DNA of 64,000 nucleotides from Diplonema japonicum (lineage: Eukaryota; Protista; Euglenozoa: Diplonemea), in NCBI GenBank assembly GCA_964019335.1, contig OZ025712.1, forward strand, positions 310,001-374,000, in the 5' to 3' direction. The notes under the pieces are model-generated. The model was not told where the DNA came from, made no database searches, and saw only the letters and a program-made list of their open reading frames with translations. Of this stretch, positions 12,774-24,980 are shown one piece after another. Every line of letters begins with the position of its first letter. Positions within the stretch are counted from its first letter, which is position 1. The translations under genes were made by a program, and so were the position numbers.

Positions 12774-14397
12774 TTTCTTACTCTCACAAATTTCAAAAAA
12801 AAAAAAAAAAAAAAAAATCATACTTGGGTTTAACATCAGGCACATACACATGAAGCCTTTCCATAAGGTGTACCTGGGTCTGGGTTAGTTTGGCAAGGTA
12901 GTTGGTCATCAGCAGGTCCTGTGTGGTGCTGTTGTACAGCTTGTCAAACGACTCCGGTGAGACGGGGGGCACGGACTGGAGGAGTGAAAGCAGCTCCCTT
13001 GCAACCTTCGGGTTTTCCTTCTCCTTCCCATCAACAATTTTGTCGGCGTAGTCAAGGGAGTTCTTGATAACAGCTTGGATTTGGAGGAGGTGCTTGTGAA
13101 CTTGTTCAAAAGGCGCACGGTCATTCGAGGTAACTGACGAAGCAGCTCCGGACCTAATGGTGGGCCGCTTCTGGCACGACTGCAGCTCATCAGTTTGAAC
13201 CTCGGGAAGGCCATCAACAACAGGCTTCAGAATAATATGTCTGTTTGTAATCATTTGATCAAGCGCGAGCTTCTCGACGGGCGAATGGCACTGTATTTTT
13301 TTTTTTAATTTTTTTTTTTTTTTTTTTATTTCACTCTTCGTCATTTTCTTCACTCACTAGGGGCCTCATTATTTAACGCGAAATGGCCATTATTTAACGC
13401 GAAACGGCCATTATTTAACGCGAAATCGCCATTATTTAACTAGTTAAATAATGAGATTTTGCAGTTAAATAATGGCCCTTCAGAGTGAAAAAATGGGTCT
13501 TGTCGTGGAAAAAAATGCACCCAACCCCTTGAAAAATTTTTTTGGGGTGGGGGTATTTTGACTATTTTTGGCCATCTGAGGCCATTCCAGCCCTTAAAAG
13601 TGGGAATAAGTGCCTTACTTCCCCTTTAAATGCCACGGCGAAATAGCTACCCTGTATTACCTTAGGAAAATCCCCAAAAAGCTGACCTGCGTGAAAAAAA
13701 ACAGCAGTGAAAGCAGTGAAGAGTGAGTGACTCAAATGACGAAGAGTGAAATAAAACGACTTACTTGCCGCCAAATGAGCCATTATTTAACACTCGTTAC
13801 CCGTTTTTTTGCACTCGGGCCCTGCGGGCCCTCGTGCAAAAAATTCGGGAACTCGAGTTAAATAATGACTCATTATTTGTTGGCAATAAATAGTTATTTT
13901 TTTTATAATACCTTCCATTGGAATGGAATCTCCTTAAAACAGTCCGGGACAGTCTTCTCGCCAAGCTCTACATGGGACAGGATGAAACATTTCGAGTTAA
14001 GCGTACCGTTCTGAAGGGACGTGTCCACAAGGAGGTTGACGGAGGAGCCTGTCTTGATGTATTGCTGGTATTGTTTGTGCAGCGCGCGGGAAATAACAGG
14101 GTTGTGCTTGTTTGTGTACCACCCGACCAGCCTGTCCTTTTGGTAAATTTTGCGGTGCAGTTCCAGCATCTGTTTCTGGAAGACCTGGTCGTAGTGGAAC
14201 CCGGTGCCCTCCTTGGTGTGGTGTTTCACGGGCACACAGCATTTGATCTCCAGCACACCTCCCACGGTGCTCCCCAGCAACGCACCGTACACCTCGTTTG
14301 CTGATTTACCGCTGCTGGAGTCGTAGTCCCTCCTTGTAAAATGGTCAAGGATGCACATGGGCACCAGGGGGTCGATTACTATGCTTGGGGTTGACAT
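12719..14397 (-). CDS. EIF3F: MPN-domain protein, eIF3 subunit F-like; introns 13291-13911 and probably 12738-12823
   Basis: ILDHFTRR, VYGALLG, LVGWY, LVDTSL and C-terminal QDLLMTNYLAKLTQTQ. Splice junction FQWK|CHSPVEKLALD is in frame. Confidence 0.85.
13324..13895. mobile_element. Intronic palindromic, non-autonomous transposon-like element
   Basis: ~22-nt inverted repeat (tttatttcactcttcgtcattt / aaatgacgaagagtgaaataaa) bounding 13324-13756, 20-nt tandem repeats ccattatttaacgcgaaa at 13367-13440, and a ~135-nt hairpin at 13759-13895. Confidence 0.6.
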
Positions 14398-14567
14398 TTT
14401 TCCTTTTAATATCCTGGGGGAGGGGGAGGTTTTTTTTTCTTTTTTTTTTTTCTTTCTCCCCCAACGTGCTTTAAAAAAAAAATCACCATTTCACTCCCTT
14501 CTTTCCCCCCCCCCAAAAAAAAACTAAAAATAAAATAAAAACCCCTCGTTCGCGTGTATGTGTAACG

Positions 14568-14600
<33 letters not shown>

Positions 14601-14621
14601 CTTCCCCCTCCGTAACCCGGA

Positions 14622-15509
14622 TCACCACCGGCACAATAATGACTCGCCTTCCTTCGGAAGCTTCCGCACCAATTTGCTCATAAAAAATCCAACGTTGGGG
14701 CCGCAAAGAATCCCGTCGACTTGTTCTCTCTGCCGGTTCAGTTCCATGTCGCGGTGCCGCCTGCTCGAAGCGGCCACCGTCCGCCTGTCGTTGATAAATG
14801 TTTTCAAATCAGCGATCGTCGGCTGCCTGTGCTCTGCAGGTGCCTCGTGTACATCAAGGAGCCTGCGTGTTTCCTCTCTAACCCCATTTTCAAGAATTTG
14901 TTTTTTCTTCACGTTTCGAAGGCAGGCTCGACGCCGGGGACGAGAAATGGGTTTTGCGTTCACCTTTGTTTTTTTTGGTTGTTCGCACGATTCTTGTTTA
15001 CCATCGACATCGCGGTTCAACAAATACGAATAGTATATGTTGTTCACACTGCCCAGTACGCGAAGCACCACCGATTGCCCGATTAAGTTGTTTGGGAAAA
15101 TTGCAAACGCGAGAAAATTAGACAACGGCTTGAACAGGTAGGATACGCCCTGTGCCTCGAAGAAATCCGCTGAGACCTTCTGCTTGACATCTTCCCAACT
15201 ACGGGTCTGTAGGTATCTGAAGCCGCCCATGGACACAGCCCGCAGAACAGGTGCGAAGACGATTTGGTTGACACTAGTCTTTCCTGCGGCGATCCATAGT
15301 TCGCCTCCAGATGGGAACATGACGTCCACGGCGTAGTGGCGGACGAATTGTGTCATCCCTTGGAACGCGACACCGCTCCCCGTGAACAACGCAGCTCGTT
15401 CCCAATCCGTTTCCTTCTTGCCCTCGATCCACTGCGCGCAGAGGTCCGCCCCCAAACTAAACCCCGCATTCACCACCAAGAACCCCCCGAGGTTGACCGC
15501 GATGTCCAT
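14622..15509 (-). CDS. Mpv17/PMP22 family membrane protein
   Basis: GADLCAQWIE..DWERAALF, KTSVNQIVFAP, WEDVKQKV..DF. Confidence 0.8.
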   Translation of the reverse strand: MDIAVNLGGFLVVNAGFSLGADLCAQWIEGKKETDWERAALFTGSGVAFQGMTQFVRHYAVDVMFPSGGELWIAAGKTSVNQIVFAPVLRAVSMGGFRYLQTRSWEDVKQKVSADFFEAQGVSYLFKPLSNFLAFAIFPNNLIGQSVVLRVLGSVNNIYYSYLLNRDVDGKQESCEQPKKTKVNAKPISRPRRRACLRNVKKKQILENGVREETRRLLDVHEAPAEHRQPTIADLKTFINDRRTVAASSRRHRDMELNRQREQVDGILCGPNVGFFMSKLVRKLPKEGESLLCRW

Positions 15510-15634
15510 TTTTTTTTTTTTTTTTTTTTCCTAGAAAAAAAATTTCTTTGGAGAAATATAGGGGGAAAAAAAAAATCTACAATAACAAAAAGAAAGGGGG
15601 AAAAAAAAACTATTCTTTTAAGGTATGCGTTTCG

Positions 15635-16185
15635 TTTTTGCGCTCACCGGCCGAGCTGCGCTTAGTCCCCGTTGTCCTCGTTCTGGGGGCTCTGGCGGGT
15701 TCCTACTGCGGTGGTCAAACTGCGGGGCAGCCTTGTCGGTGTCTGCGACAGGTACCTGTCCCGCAAGCCTTCGATGCTACTCATGGTCCGTTCCGGGAGT
15801 ACTGGCCTCCTGTCATACCCGTGTGTGGTCGGTCCTCCGATACAGCGTAGGGAGTTGACGCGCTCCACTCGTGTCCGTGCCCCTCCTCGACCTAAACCCA
15901 TGTTGTGACACGTCCGCCCACGACTCCTGCCAGACCAAGATGCGTCTCATCCCGTTGTCGCCCACAGCCTGTACACGGCGCTGGTGACGGTGATCGGGCG
16001 GTGGTCCAACGGGGCTCTGCCCTCACTTTTCGGGATCAGAAAGCGCTGTCAATAGCGCCTCCGGCCACTCGCCGGTCTCCTCGACGACGTTGAAGAGCTG
16101 CGCCCACCTCTCGAGCAGCGCGTCAGGTATAGCCTTCAGTTCCGTGATCCTCCAGCCGTCGACGCCTGGGGTGCCCCTCGCAGGC
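15635..16185 (-). mobile_element. Degenerate, internally deleted non-LTR retrotransposon (LINE) with RT fragment and 3' end
   Basis: Frameshifted RT motifs TPGVDGW..ELK..LFN..GEWP, DHRPITVTSAVYRLWA, WQE and QHGFR. The 3' ~100 nt recurs at 40856-40955 and ends in an A-tail. Confidence 0.85.
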
Positions 16186-16196
16186 CTGCTGTTTAA

Positions 16197-16236
<40 letters not shown>

Positions 16237-16237
16237 T

Positions 16238-16786
16238 CTAAGGGTAACAAACAGGCTGGTATTTATGACAATATTGGTCGGGGCCCCTTGTGGGGGACAC
16301 CACCCTCTTGGGTTGGTTGTAGATATTGCTGTTTTGGTCGGTGCTGCTCCTGCTTCTTGTGGAGCGGGGCACGGAACCGGTGCTTAACGTTCCGCTGCTC
16401 CTTAAAGTAGACAACACAGAGGACTCCAGCAGACGGGGCGAAGTAGGACGGTGGGACCCCGAGACAGCCTTAGCAAGCTCCTTAATCGCCATTGAAGGGA
16501 CGAAGGGTGACCTGGTGGTCACTGGTAGTGTAGGTTGCTGGGTGCTTGTAGCGGGGCCGATTTGGACTTCTGTGATTTTCGTTTTGGACTTTCCATGAAG
16601 AGGGACACTCGCTCTCAAGTTCTTGCTGTATTCCGCAAGCTTCCTCGCGTATTCACAAAGCTGTGCCGCCTCATCCCCCGCTGGCGCCTTGACCCCTCCT
16701 GACAGCAACAGCGCCTCGCCGCAATTCTTGCAAAATTTGTCTTTTACCTCGATTTGTTGCTCGCATTTGCTGCACGTTACTTCCAT
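16238..16786 (-). CDS. Hypothetical zinc-ribbon protein
   Basis: MEVTCSKC..FCKNCGEAL double CxxC; ATG directly after an A-run. Confidence 0.65.
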   Translation of the reverse strand: MEVTCSKCEQQIEVKDKFCKNCGEALLLSGGVKAPAGDEAAQLCEYARKLAEYSKNLRASVPLHGKSKTKITEVQIGPATSTQQPTLPVTTRSPFVPSMAIKELAKAVSGSHRPTSPRLLESSVLSTLRSSGTLSTGSVPRSTRSRSSTDQNSNIYNQPKRVVSPTRGPDQYCHKYQPVCYP

Positions 16787-16917
16787 TTTTTTTTTTTTTT
16801 CCCTCCTCTCTTTCCCCCCTTTGTGTGAAATGATTTTTGAGGGGGAAAAAAAAGAAGGGGGAGGGGGAAAAAATGGGGGACAGGGTAGACATGTAAATGC
16901 ACCATCTCCCTCTTTGC

Positions 16918-17364
16918 TCATTTTCTCTCCTTTTTTTGTTGTTTCTCTCTTTTTCGTGCGGCGTCTCGGCGTGCCCGCCAGAAGCTCCGCAGATGCGGGT
17001 CTTTCCAAGGATCATAGGTGAAACCAAACGCTTCTTTCTGCTCTGTTTTGCTTGCTGCTTGGGAATCGGGGAGTACCGAAAGGCGCGCGACCGATTTCAT
17101 TAAGTTCTCGGGCGACACGCGAAGGGTGTTTGCCAAGGTCTTTTCCAGAATCTTGGTGTCGGTGGCGTTTGACCGCTTGGCCTTTTCCCGAGCCTGCAGG
17201 GCTTCTGCTGTTCGGTAAAGTCTGCTCAAACAGGCTCGTTCGCTGCTTTTGCTGTGTTTTTGCATCCACCGTGACCTCACACTTTTGTCCACCTTCCACC
17301 CTTCCAGCAGCACGTCCACACCGGGCTTTACGCTGGGCAGCCACACCCTAGATTCGAAGTTCAT
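16918..17364 (-). CDS. Hypothetical protein
   Basis: 148 aa ORF flanked by homopolymer UTRs. Confidence 0.6.
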   Translation of the reverse strand: MNFESRVWLPSVKPGVDVLLEGWKVDKSVRSRWMQKHSKSSERACLSRLYRTAEALQAREKAKRSNATDTKILEKTLANTLRVSPENLMKSVARLSVLPDSQAASKTEQKEAFGFTYDPWKDPHLRSFWRARRDAARKREKQQKKERK

Positions 17365-17841
17365 TTGGGATTTTTTTTTCCTTTTTTTTTTTTTTTTTTT
17401 TTTTTTTTGAATTTAGCGGCTCGATAGTAAATAAGAAGAAAAAAATAGAAAATGTAAGAATAATTGGCGGCAGCAACCTTGAGGAAGTGGAAAAAAAAAA
17501 AAAAAAAGAAAAAAAAAAAAAAAAAAAAAAGGAGAACATAAAAATGATTATCCCACTCCCCACCCCTCCTTAATTTCGCCTGCATATCCAGCGCAGTGGG
17601 CGCCAAGGACTTGCCGGGGACAAAATGTTTAGGCATCAGAGAGGACATCGGAAGAAGAAAAATTTTTTTAAATAAATGTACAGAAACTACGTTTTGAAAA
17701 AAGAAAAAAAAAGACCCCCCTTTTTTTTCTTCTCTTTTATTTATTTCCCTGTGGGAAAACGAAAAAAAAAAAAATATATATATATAAGGAAGAAAAAAAA
17801 AAAGGCGGGAGGGGGGATGTCGCTTATAACGCTTGTATTGC

Positions 17842-18732
17842 TCACGCCATCTCCACGCTGATAGCAGTGGCCTCGCCACCACCAATGCAGAGAGATGCGA
17901 CACCACGGGACTTGCCCTTGGCACGGAGCGCGTTAAGAAGGGAAACGACGATCCTGGAACCAGAGGACCCGATGGGGTGGCCGAGCGCAGTGGCACCACC
18001 GTGCACGTTGACCTGCTCGCGGGGGATGGAGAATTCCTTCATGGCGGCCATGGTGACGACAGCGAAGGCCTCGTTGATCTCCCACAGATCGACATCCGAA
18101 GCCTTAAGACCCTGCTTCTCAAGAAGCTTGGCGATGGCGGGGGCAGGGGCAGTGGTGAAGTACTTCGGTGTCTGCGCGTGCTGGGTGTACCCAGTGATCC
18201 ACGCGATGGGTTCAATCCCAAGCGCCTTCACCTTCTCCTCTGACGCCACAATGAGTGCAGACGCACCATCGTTGATGGAAGAGGAGTTTGCTGCTGTCAG
18301 GCTGCCGTTCTTGTCGAAAGCGGGTCTTAGCGATGTGATCTTGTCAGGGCGGGCCATGCCAGGGCCTTCGTCCTGGGACACTACGTTGACCTTGCCCCCA
18401 CGGCCCTTGACCTCAACGGGGGCGATTTCCCAGTCGAAGACACCGCTTGCCTGTGCGGCCTTCGCCATCTCCAGGGACTGCAGAGCGTACTCGTCCTGCT
18501 GTTCCCTGGTGAATCCGAACTCCTTTGCGCAGAGCTCACCGCAGTTCCCCATGTGCACGTTGTCATACGGGTCCCACAGCCCGTCGTGCACCATGGCGTC
18601 GATCGCCTTCTTGTCACCCATGCGGTGCCCCGCCCTCGCGTCCGGCAGCAGGTACGGGATCCTGCTCATGTTCTCCATCCCACCCACAAGGACAGCGTCG
18701 TTGGCACCTGCCTTGATCGAGTCTGGGGTGGT

Positions 18733-18764
<32 letters not shown>

Positions 18765-19183
18765 CCATTCATACCACCGCCCATCATGATGCACTTCATC
18801 CCAGACCCGCACACCTTGTTCACGGTGGTGCAGGGCAGCGAGTTGTCGAGTCCGGCCTTGATGACGGCCTGCGAAGGTGATAATTGATTGATTGGAGGAT
18901 TTCTTTTTCTCCCTTTAATACCTGACGGGTGGGGGCCTGCCCAATACCGGCAGACACAACGTTTCCGAAGAGCGCCTCGTCAAGCTCGGCAGCGGGGAAT
19001 TTGGACTGCTCCAGGGCAGCTGGGGGGTTTTTTTTTTTTTACAATAGATTTCTTTTTTATTTCTTCCCCCACCATACCATTGATAGCAGTGGCAGCAAGG
19101 GCAGGCGCGGGAACACCGGCAAAAGCACCGCTGAAGGCACCCATAGGGGTACGCTTCGCAGCGACGATGGCAAGACGGGACAT
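17842..19183 (-). CDS. Acetyl-CoA acetyltransferase (thiolase); 4 exons (introns 19020-19077, 18869-18921, 18723-18774)
   Basis: [51 protein letters not shown]. Three GTAT..AG introns restore the frame. Confidence 0.95.
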
Positions 19184-19246
19184 TTGTTATTTCCTGTTTT
19201 TTTTTTTTTCTTCTTTTTTTTTTTCTAATGCTAAATTTACTATTGG

Positions 19247-19277
<31 letters not shown>

Positions 19278-19337
19278 GCTGCCATCAACTAGCTTTTTTA
19301 GTCTAACAAATACATTTCCCCTTTTTTTTTAATTTTC

Positions 19338-20141
19338 TCAGAACCCGTACACATCAGTGACATTTTTCCTGAGAACTTCTATAGTGCTATCTAACGACTC
19401 CCCCTTCAATTTTGCAATTAGTTCGGCGATGTGGATAACATGCCCCGGGTAGGCTGTGCTTCCACGGTGAGGAACAGGCGCCATGAACGGCCCGTCTGTC
19501 TCGGTCAGCAACGCGTCCAAAGGCAACGCTTTCACGGTCTCCCGCAGAGTATGAGCAGAGGGGAAGGTGAGTGCACCTGTAAAACCGATTTTACAGTTAG
19601 GGAAAGCCGATACGAAATTCTTGGCTTGAACAGGGTTCCCTGTAAAGCAATGGACGTGGATCGGGTGATTAACGGAGAGATGTGACTCCATCACAGAGAG
19701 TGTCTCGTCCTCAGATGACCGAGCGTGGATAACTACGGGCTTGTTGTAGTGAGCCGCCCGCTGTAGCTGCTCTGAGAGAACATTTTGTTGAAGAGACCGG
19801 CCTTGTTTATCTTTTACATGATGGTAGTCGAGGCCGCACTCACCCCATGCCACTGTCTCCTTTCTAACCATCCACTTTTCAATGTCATGGCGTACTGTGT
19901 TCCATTGTTTCGCCGCGCAGGGGTGCAGGCCGACAGCTGCTCTTACCCCCCAGGCTTTCCCGCTGTCCAGTACCGTCTCCAAGGTTTTAATGCCGCTGTA
20001 GTCGCAGGCAATGTGCACGGCACCCTCCACGTTGCTTTTTTCCATCACCTCTCTCACGCCCTCTGCCAGATTTTTCTGTTTCATTTTTTTCACTACCATG
20101 TCTAAATGGACATGTGTGTCCACTAGCCGTCTTGCACGCAT
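19338..20141 (-). CDS. TatD family DNase
   Basis: DTHVH, GLHP, GECGLDY, VIHAR, HCFTG, ETDGPF. Confidence 0.93.
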   Translation of the reverse strand: MRARRLVDTHVHLDMVVKKMKQKNLAEGVREVMEKSNVEGAVHIACDYSGIKTLETVLDSGKAWGVRAAVGLHPCAAKQWNTVRHDIEKWMVRKETVAWGECGLDYHHVKDKQGRSLQQNVLSEQLQRAAHYNKPVVIHARSSEDETLSVMESHLSVNHPIHVHCFTGNPVQAKNFVSAFPNCKIGFTGALTFPSAHTLRETVKALPLDALLTETDGPFMAPVPHRGSTAYPGHVIHIAELIAKLKGESLDSTIEVLRKNVTDVYGF

Positions 20142-20753
20142 TTGTCTGAGTGGAAAAAAAAAGTTTTTTTTGTGTGGTTAGAATGGGATGGGGGGAAAAA
20201 AAAAAGCAAGAGTACAAAAAAAAAAAAAATGGGGGGGGGAAACAGGAAAGGAAAAAGAAGAATTTTTTTTTCGCTCCGTCGGAATGGTTAGCAGCGGCCC
20301 ACCGCGGTGGCGTGCCAAAAAAAGGTGGGGGGGGACACGGTACGGTCAAAACGATGGGTTCGGCCTTTTTTTTTTTTTAAATACAATGCACATTTTCTTA
20401 CGAACACAAAAATGACGAAAGCAGCGTTGAGGGCACTTTTTTTTTTGTGGGAGGGGAATACATACAACCACCGTGACCATCCTTATAAGAATATGGAAGA
20501 AAAAAAAATTAAAAATTATGGGTAAACATGAACAGTAAAAAAGAGGGGGGGTTATTATCAAGTACTTAACTACAAATAAAACAAGGGGGAAAAAAATATA
20601 CAGGTTTGTTGCTTTCTTTTCTTTTTTTTTTCTGAGCAAAAACATGAGCATAGACAGGTCGAGGGGGGAAAAAAAAGGAAAGGAAAAAGAAAAAAAAAAG
20701 CAGTAACAAACAAAACATGGCGGCGGAGAAGAAAAAGAAAAAAAAATGCCTAC

Positions 20754-23700
20754 CTAATAATGTTTACGAATGTTCTTCGGCGTCGATGAATCAATAAATT
20801 TAAGACCTGAGCTGGACCCAGACGGAGTAGCGGAATACCGAGCCCCAGGTCCCCCACCCGTGCCTGTCCCCTTCGGGGTTGTGCTCCGCCCGTAAACTGC
20901 AGAAGCTAACAAAGATGACGTAGAAGTTCTAGACCGACTGGTAGCCTTTTTTTTTTTTTATTATTTATTTATTTATTTTTTTTTTAATACCCTTGGTTTC
21001 GGTCCCTGTCTCTGCGAAGTCTCAGAGAGTCTCGCTCCCTTCTGCAGCCTGGTGCCCAACTCTTTGGTTCCAACAATTCCCTTTTTAAGGTCCTGCGGTA
21101 GAACCTCCACGTTAATGAAGCCCTCGTCGGCGTCCTTCAGCAAAGGCGACTCATGTGAAGACGGGTCTGTGGCCATTGGGGATTCCTTCGGGTGCTGCAA
21201 GACAAGCGGACCTACAGTATCTACATGAAGTACAGACCGCCTTGGTGAGTTGGCACGGGGAGAAGAGGTCCTCGACCGAGGTGAACCACCTGCTGACGAC
21301 GACGCCTTTCGCTTCACAAGCTTGTCGAAGAGGTTTAGAGAATCGTCATGTTTTTGGCTGAAGTGTTGCGGTGACGAACCGTGGTGCATTTTTTCATAGT
21401 CAGTAAGATATTTTCCTGCAATGGTGTTCACTCTCTCCATACTTATATCCAAGTGATGCTTCACCGATCGGACCGATTCTGTCATGTAACCTGAACTAAT
21501 CTTCATGACACCGCTCCCAGTAGACTGTGCCAACGCCCGTTTGTAGATAGGGTCTTTGGCGAAGCATCTGTGGGTTTCTTTCACACTCTCCTTCACAGCC
21601 TTCCTCAGGTCCATGATGGACTGAACAAGCTCTGCTCTTGTGAACACGATGAACTCGATTTCCTCTTTTTGCTTGACGACCTCCTCTTCGATCTTCTGGA
21701 GCGTGTCTTCCTTTTGCTTCAGCAAATCGATTTTTTCAACGGCCTCGCGTTCCTTTTCCGCGAGCGTTGCTGTTAGATCCTTCACCCTGGCCTCCATTTT
21801 TTCATCATTGCCGGCTTTCAACTCTTCGTGCTTCTCGGTGAGTGCGGTGTGTTCGATGCTGAATAGTCGCAGTTTTTCCAAAGTTTCTTGCTCGTTGTCC
21901 TGAGCACGGGATAAACGGGCTTTTAATGAAGACAGTTCGCCTGTTTGGCTGTTCAAAGCGGTGTCGGCTTTCTTAAGGTTGGCCACTGACGATGAATGTC
22001 GTAGTAAAACCTCGTTTTCCATGTCTTTTAGCTCGGCGATCACCTTCTTCTGCCTGTCGGCCACATCTTGCAGGTTCATGATGTCGCTCTTCGCGTCTGC
22101 CAGTTGTTTCTTCAACCCGTTTAGTTGAGCCTTAAGCTCATCTTGTGTGGTTGTGTCCCCTTCGAATCTCACCTTCAGCCTCTTAAAGGCGCGGTTGCTG
22201 TCCTCTAGATCTATCGTGAGGTTCTCGATCGTTGTTTCCATTCGTTGTTTCTCTGCGTTCAGGGAGTCGAACGTGTCTTCAAACTGCACTGCCTGTGCCG
22301 CTGCTTCCTTCAGCCGTGCCAACCGGCTTTCCATCGCTTCGTGTTCCACGGTTTTGTTCTTCATCTGGTTCTCGAGGCGGGACTTCTCCATCTCCAGCAT
22401 TTCAACGGTGCACTTCAGCTGCATGGCTTGCTGTGTTTTCTCGCTGTTGGCCTCCTCCGCCGCTGCGATTCTCTCCTTAAGTTGTGCCACGCGTTTGTCG
22501 GTTTCCTCTTCCAGTGCCTGTAGCTGTCTTGTTGTTGTGTCCAGTTCCGTGTTGAGCCTGCTGTTTGTTGCTCTGAGGTTCCCTGTTTCGTCAGCGTGTT
22601 CCGTTCCTTGTTTCTTATGTTGTGCGCGAAGTCCTACCAATTCATTCTCAAGTGTAGCTGCATTGTCGACAGCCTGATCACGCTCCCTTGTGCAGGTGTC
22701 CATGGTGGACGTGTACAGCAAGGATTCCTCCCTTAGCCTCGTGTGCTCCTCACGCCACTTCCTCAGCTCTTCATCTTGCTCGGCGGTCTTCTTAACAAGT
22801 TGCTGGTTCTCTAAGTCTTGTACATGTGCCTTGTCGGCCGCCTGTTGCAGCTGCCTCTTGTATTCTGCGTGCACTGCATCAGCCTCATCTATCTTCCCTG
22901 AGATTTTCACTTGAACCAAACGGAGCTCGTTGGCCTTGTTCTCCATGTCCTCGTTCACGATTTGAAGTTGTCTTTTCAAGTCAGCGATCTGTCCGTCCTT
23001 CCTTGCCCTCTCTTCCTCGAGCCCGGAGCTGAGATCTTTCATAGATGCTTTGTGTCTGGCTCTGTCTTCTTCGAGTGCCTCGAGGCTTCTGCCATATAAC
23101 GTTGTGAGTCTAGACAGCTCCTCTTGAGCGCCTTGCAGTTCGAGAGTGAGTTTCGAGACGTTGCTTTCCAGCTTGCTTGAAGTGAGGGTTTCTTCATCGA
23201 TTTGTGCGGTTGCTGAGGCAAGTTTTTCCTGAAGCCTGGCACGCTCAACTGCAGATGATGTCTTCAGCTGCTCCACTGTGGCGTCGTGGCGTGCTTTCAG
23301 CGCGGTCAACTCTTCTTTTGCTTCTTCCAGCAATCTGTTGAGGCCTGCGATCTTCTCGTTGAGTGCTTCCACCTCATGCCCGCTCATGTCCTTCGCACGG
23401 TTCACGGCCTGTATCAAACCTTCCTCGTAGCCTGCCTTCTCCTGTTCTCTGAGCGATGTCACCCTTCGCAGTTCCCCTTGCGCCATCATGCAATCGTCCT
23501 TCACCCTTTCTATCTCTGTCTGGAGCCTGTTGTTTGCTGAACGCAGCTTGTCCTCCGAGTCTGTTGCGTTCTCCAGTTTCTTCCGAAAGGTCTCGATGCT
23601 GTTCTCCAAGCGCTGTATCTCAGAGTCGTCAGACGACTTATTGCGGTTGGCACGGACCGCTGCGTCTGCTGCGGTATCCAACTCGAGGCGCAGGGCACGA

Positions 23701-24980
23701 AGTTCCTCTCGCAGCTCCTTTTCTTGAGCCTGGTGCTCGCTTTCAAGCTGCGTGCCGGTTTTCTTTGCGGTTTCGAGTGCGGCTTGCAACTCCTTGATCC
23801 GAACCTGTTGCTCGTTTTCGCGCTGGGATCTGGTTTTTTTAGAGGCTTCGAGAGCGATCTGCAGCTCTTTATTCTGAGCCTCATGGTCGCCATTCTGTTT
23901 CAACGCTGCGTCAAGTGCCGTGTGCAGCTCGTCTAGCTGTCTCTGGTTGTCTGTGTCTAGCGAGGCGCTAGACCTGCGTGCCTTATCCAGCTCAGCACGA
24001 AGCTTGTCAGCATCACGCCGCACTGACGAGAGTGTCTCGCTCCTGCTCTTCAGCTCCTCGTTGAGTTCCTCCATTTGGCCGGCCAACGGATTGTCGTCGC
24101 CCGGCGCGTCTTGCAGCTGGAATTCCGCCTTCTGCAGGTTGGTGCGTAGCAGCATCAGAGTTCTGTTCATTTCTTCCTTCTCAAGGGTGAGGCTCTCTAC
24201 CTGTCGCTCGGCCGCTTCGCACTGTGTCCTAAGCGCCGCCAGTTGTGAGTCGTCCACACGGGAGGAGTTGGTGCCTTCCTGTGTCATGCTTTTGGAGATG
24301 ACCGCCTCGAGGGATTTGTTCTTCTCTTGCAAGTGAGCGATGTTGGATTCCGCGTCTTCGAGCTCGATGGCGAGCTTCTGGATCTCCTGGTCATGCTTGT
24401 CCATCAGAGAGTTCTCTTTTGAGGACCACTCGTCCGACCACTCCACTTCGCGTTGCTGCAAGCGGGCCTGTGATTGGGACGCCTCTTGCTTGTAGCGTTC
24501 AGCCTCTTGCTTATAGTGTATGGCCTCTTGCTCACAGTGGTCGGCCTCTTGCTTGCAGCGTTCAGCCTCTTGCTTGTAGCGTTCAGTCTCTTGACTGTAG
24601 CGTTCGGCATCTTGTTTGTAGCGCTCAAGATCTGCTTGGTCTTGCTTCGGGTGCTGAAGGATGAGCTGCGCTTGAGTATTGACCAGCTCCCTGCGTAGCA
24701 TTTGGAGCTGCTCTGTGGCGTCGTCGAGCTGCATCTGCAAACAGCTGCAGTTCCCGCACACCACCGGTTGGGCTGGGGGCAGCTGGACAGGAGGAGGCAG
24801 TATGGCAACAGGGACGGGCTCCGGGGCATCTTTCGGGCTCCGCATCCGTGTTGGGCTCGTCTGCACCTTCACAGGCACCCACACAGCAGGAGTGGTGTGG
24901 CTCCCCGGAGACGGACTTTCCACCAGCCTGCCATCGAGCCTTGTGGGCGATCTGAACCTACTCTCTCGCGACCATGGCAT
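20754..24980 (-). CDS. Long coiled-coil protein; 2 exons (intron 20946-20990)
   Basis: ~1330 aa heptad-rich ORF. Removing the 45-nt A-tract intron adds an open 63 aa final exon (ATSRSRT...RKHY*). Confidence 0.8.
24480..24630 (-). repeat. 21-nt coding tandem repeat (ERYKQEA heptads)
   Basis: About 7 degenerate copies of gcctcttgcttgtagcgttca. Confidence 0.8.

Noticed and set aside
20754-20945. Possible ncRNA in a GC-rich island
   Set aside because: It is an open, in-frame last exon of the coiled-coil gene.
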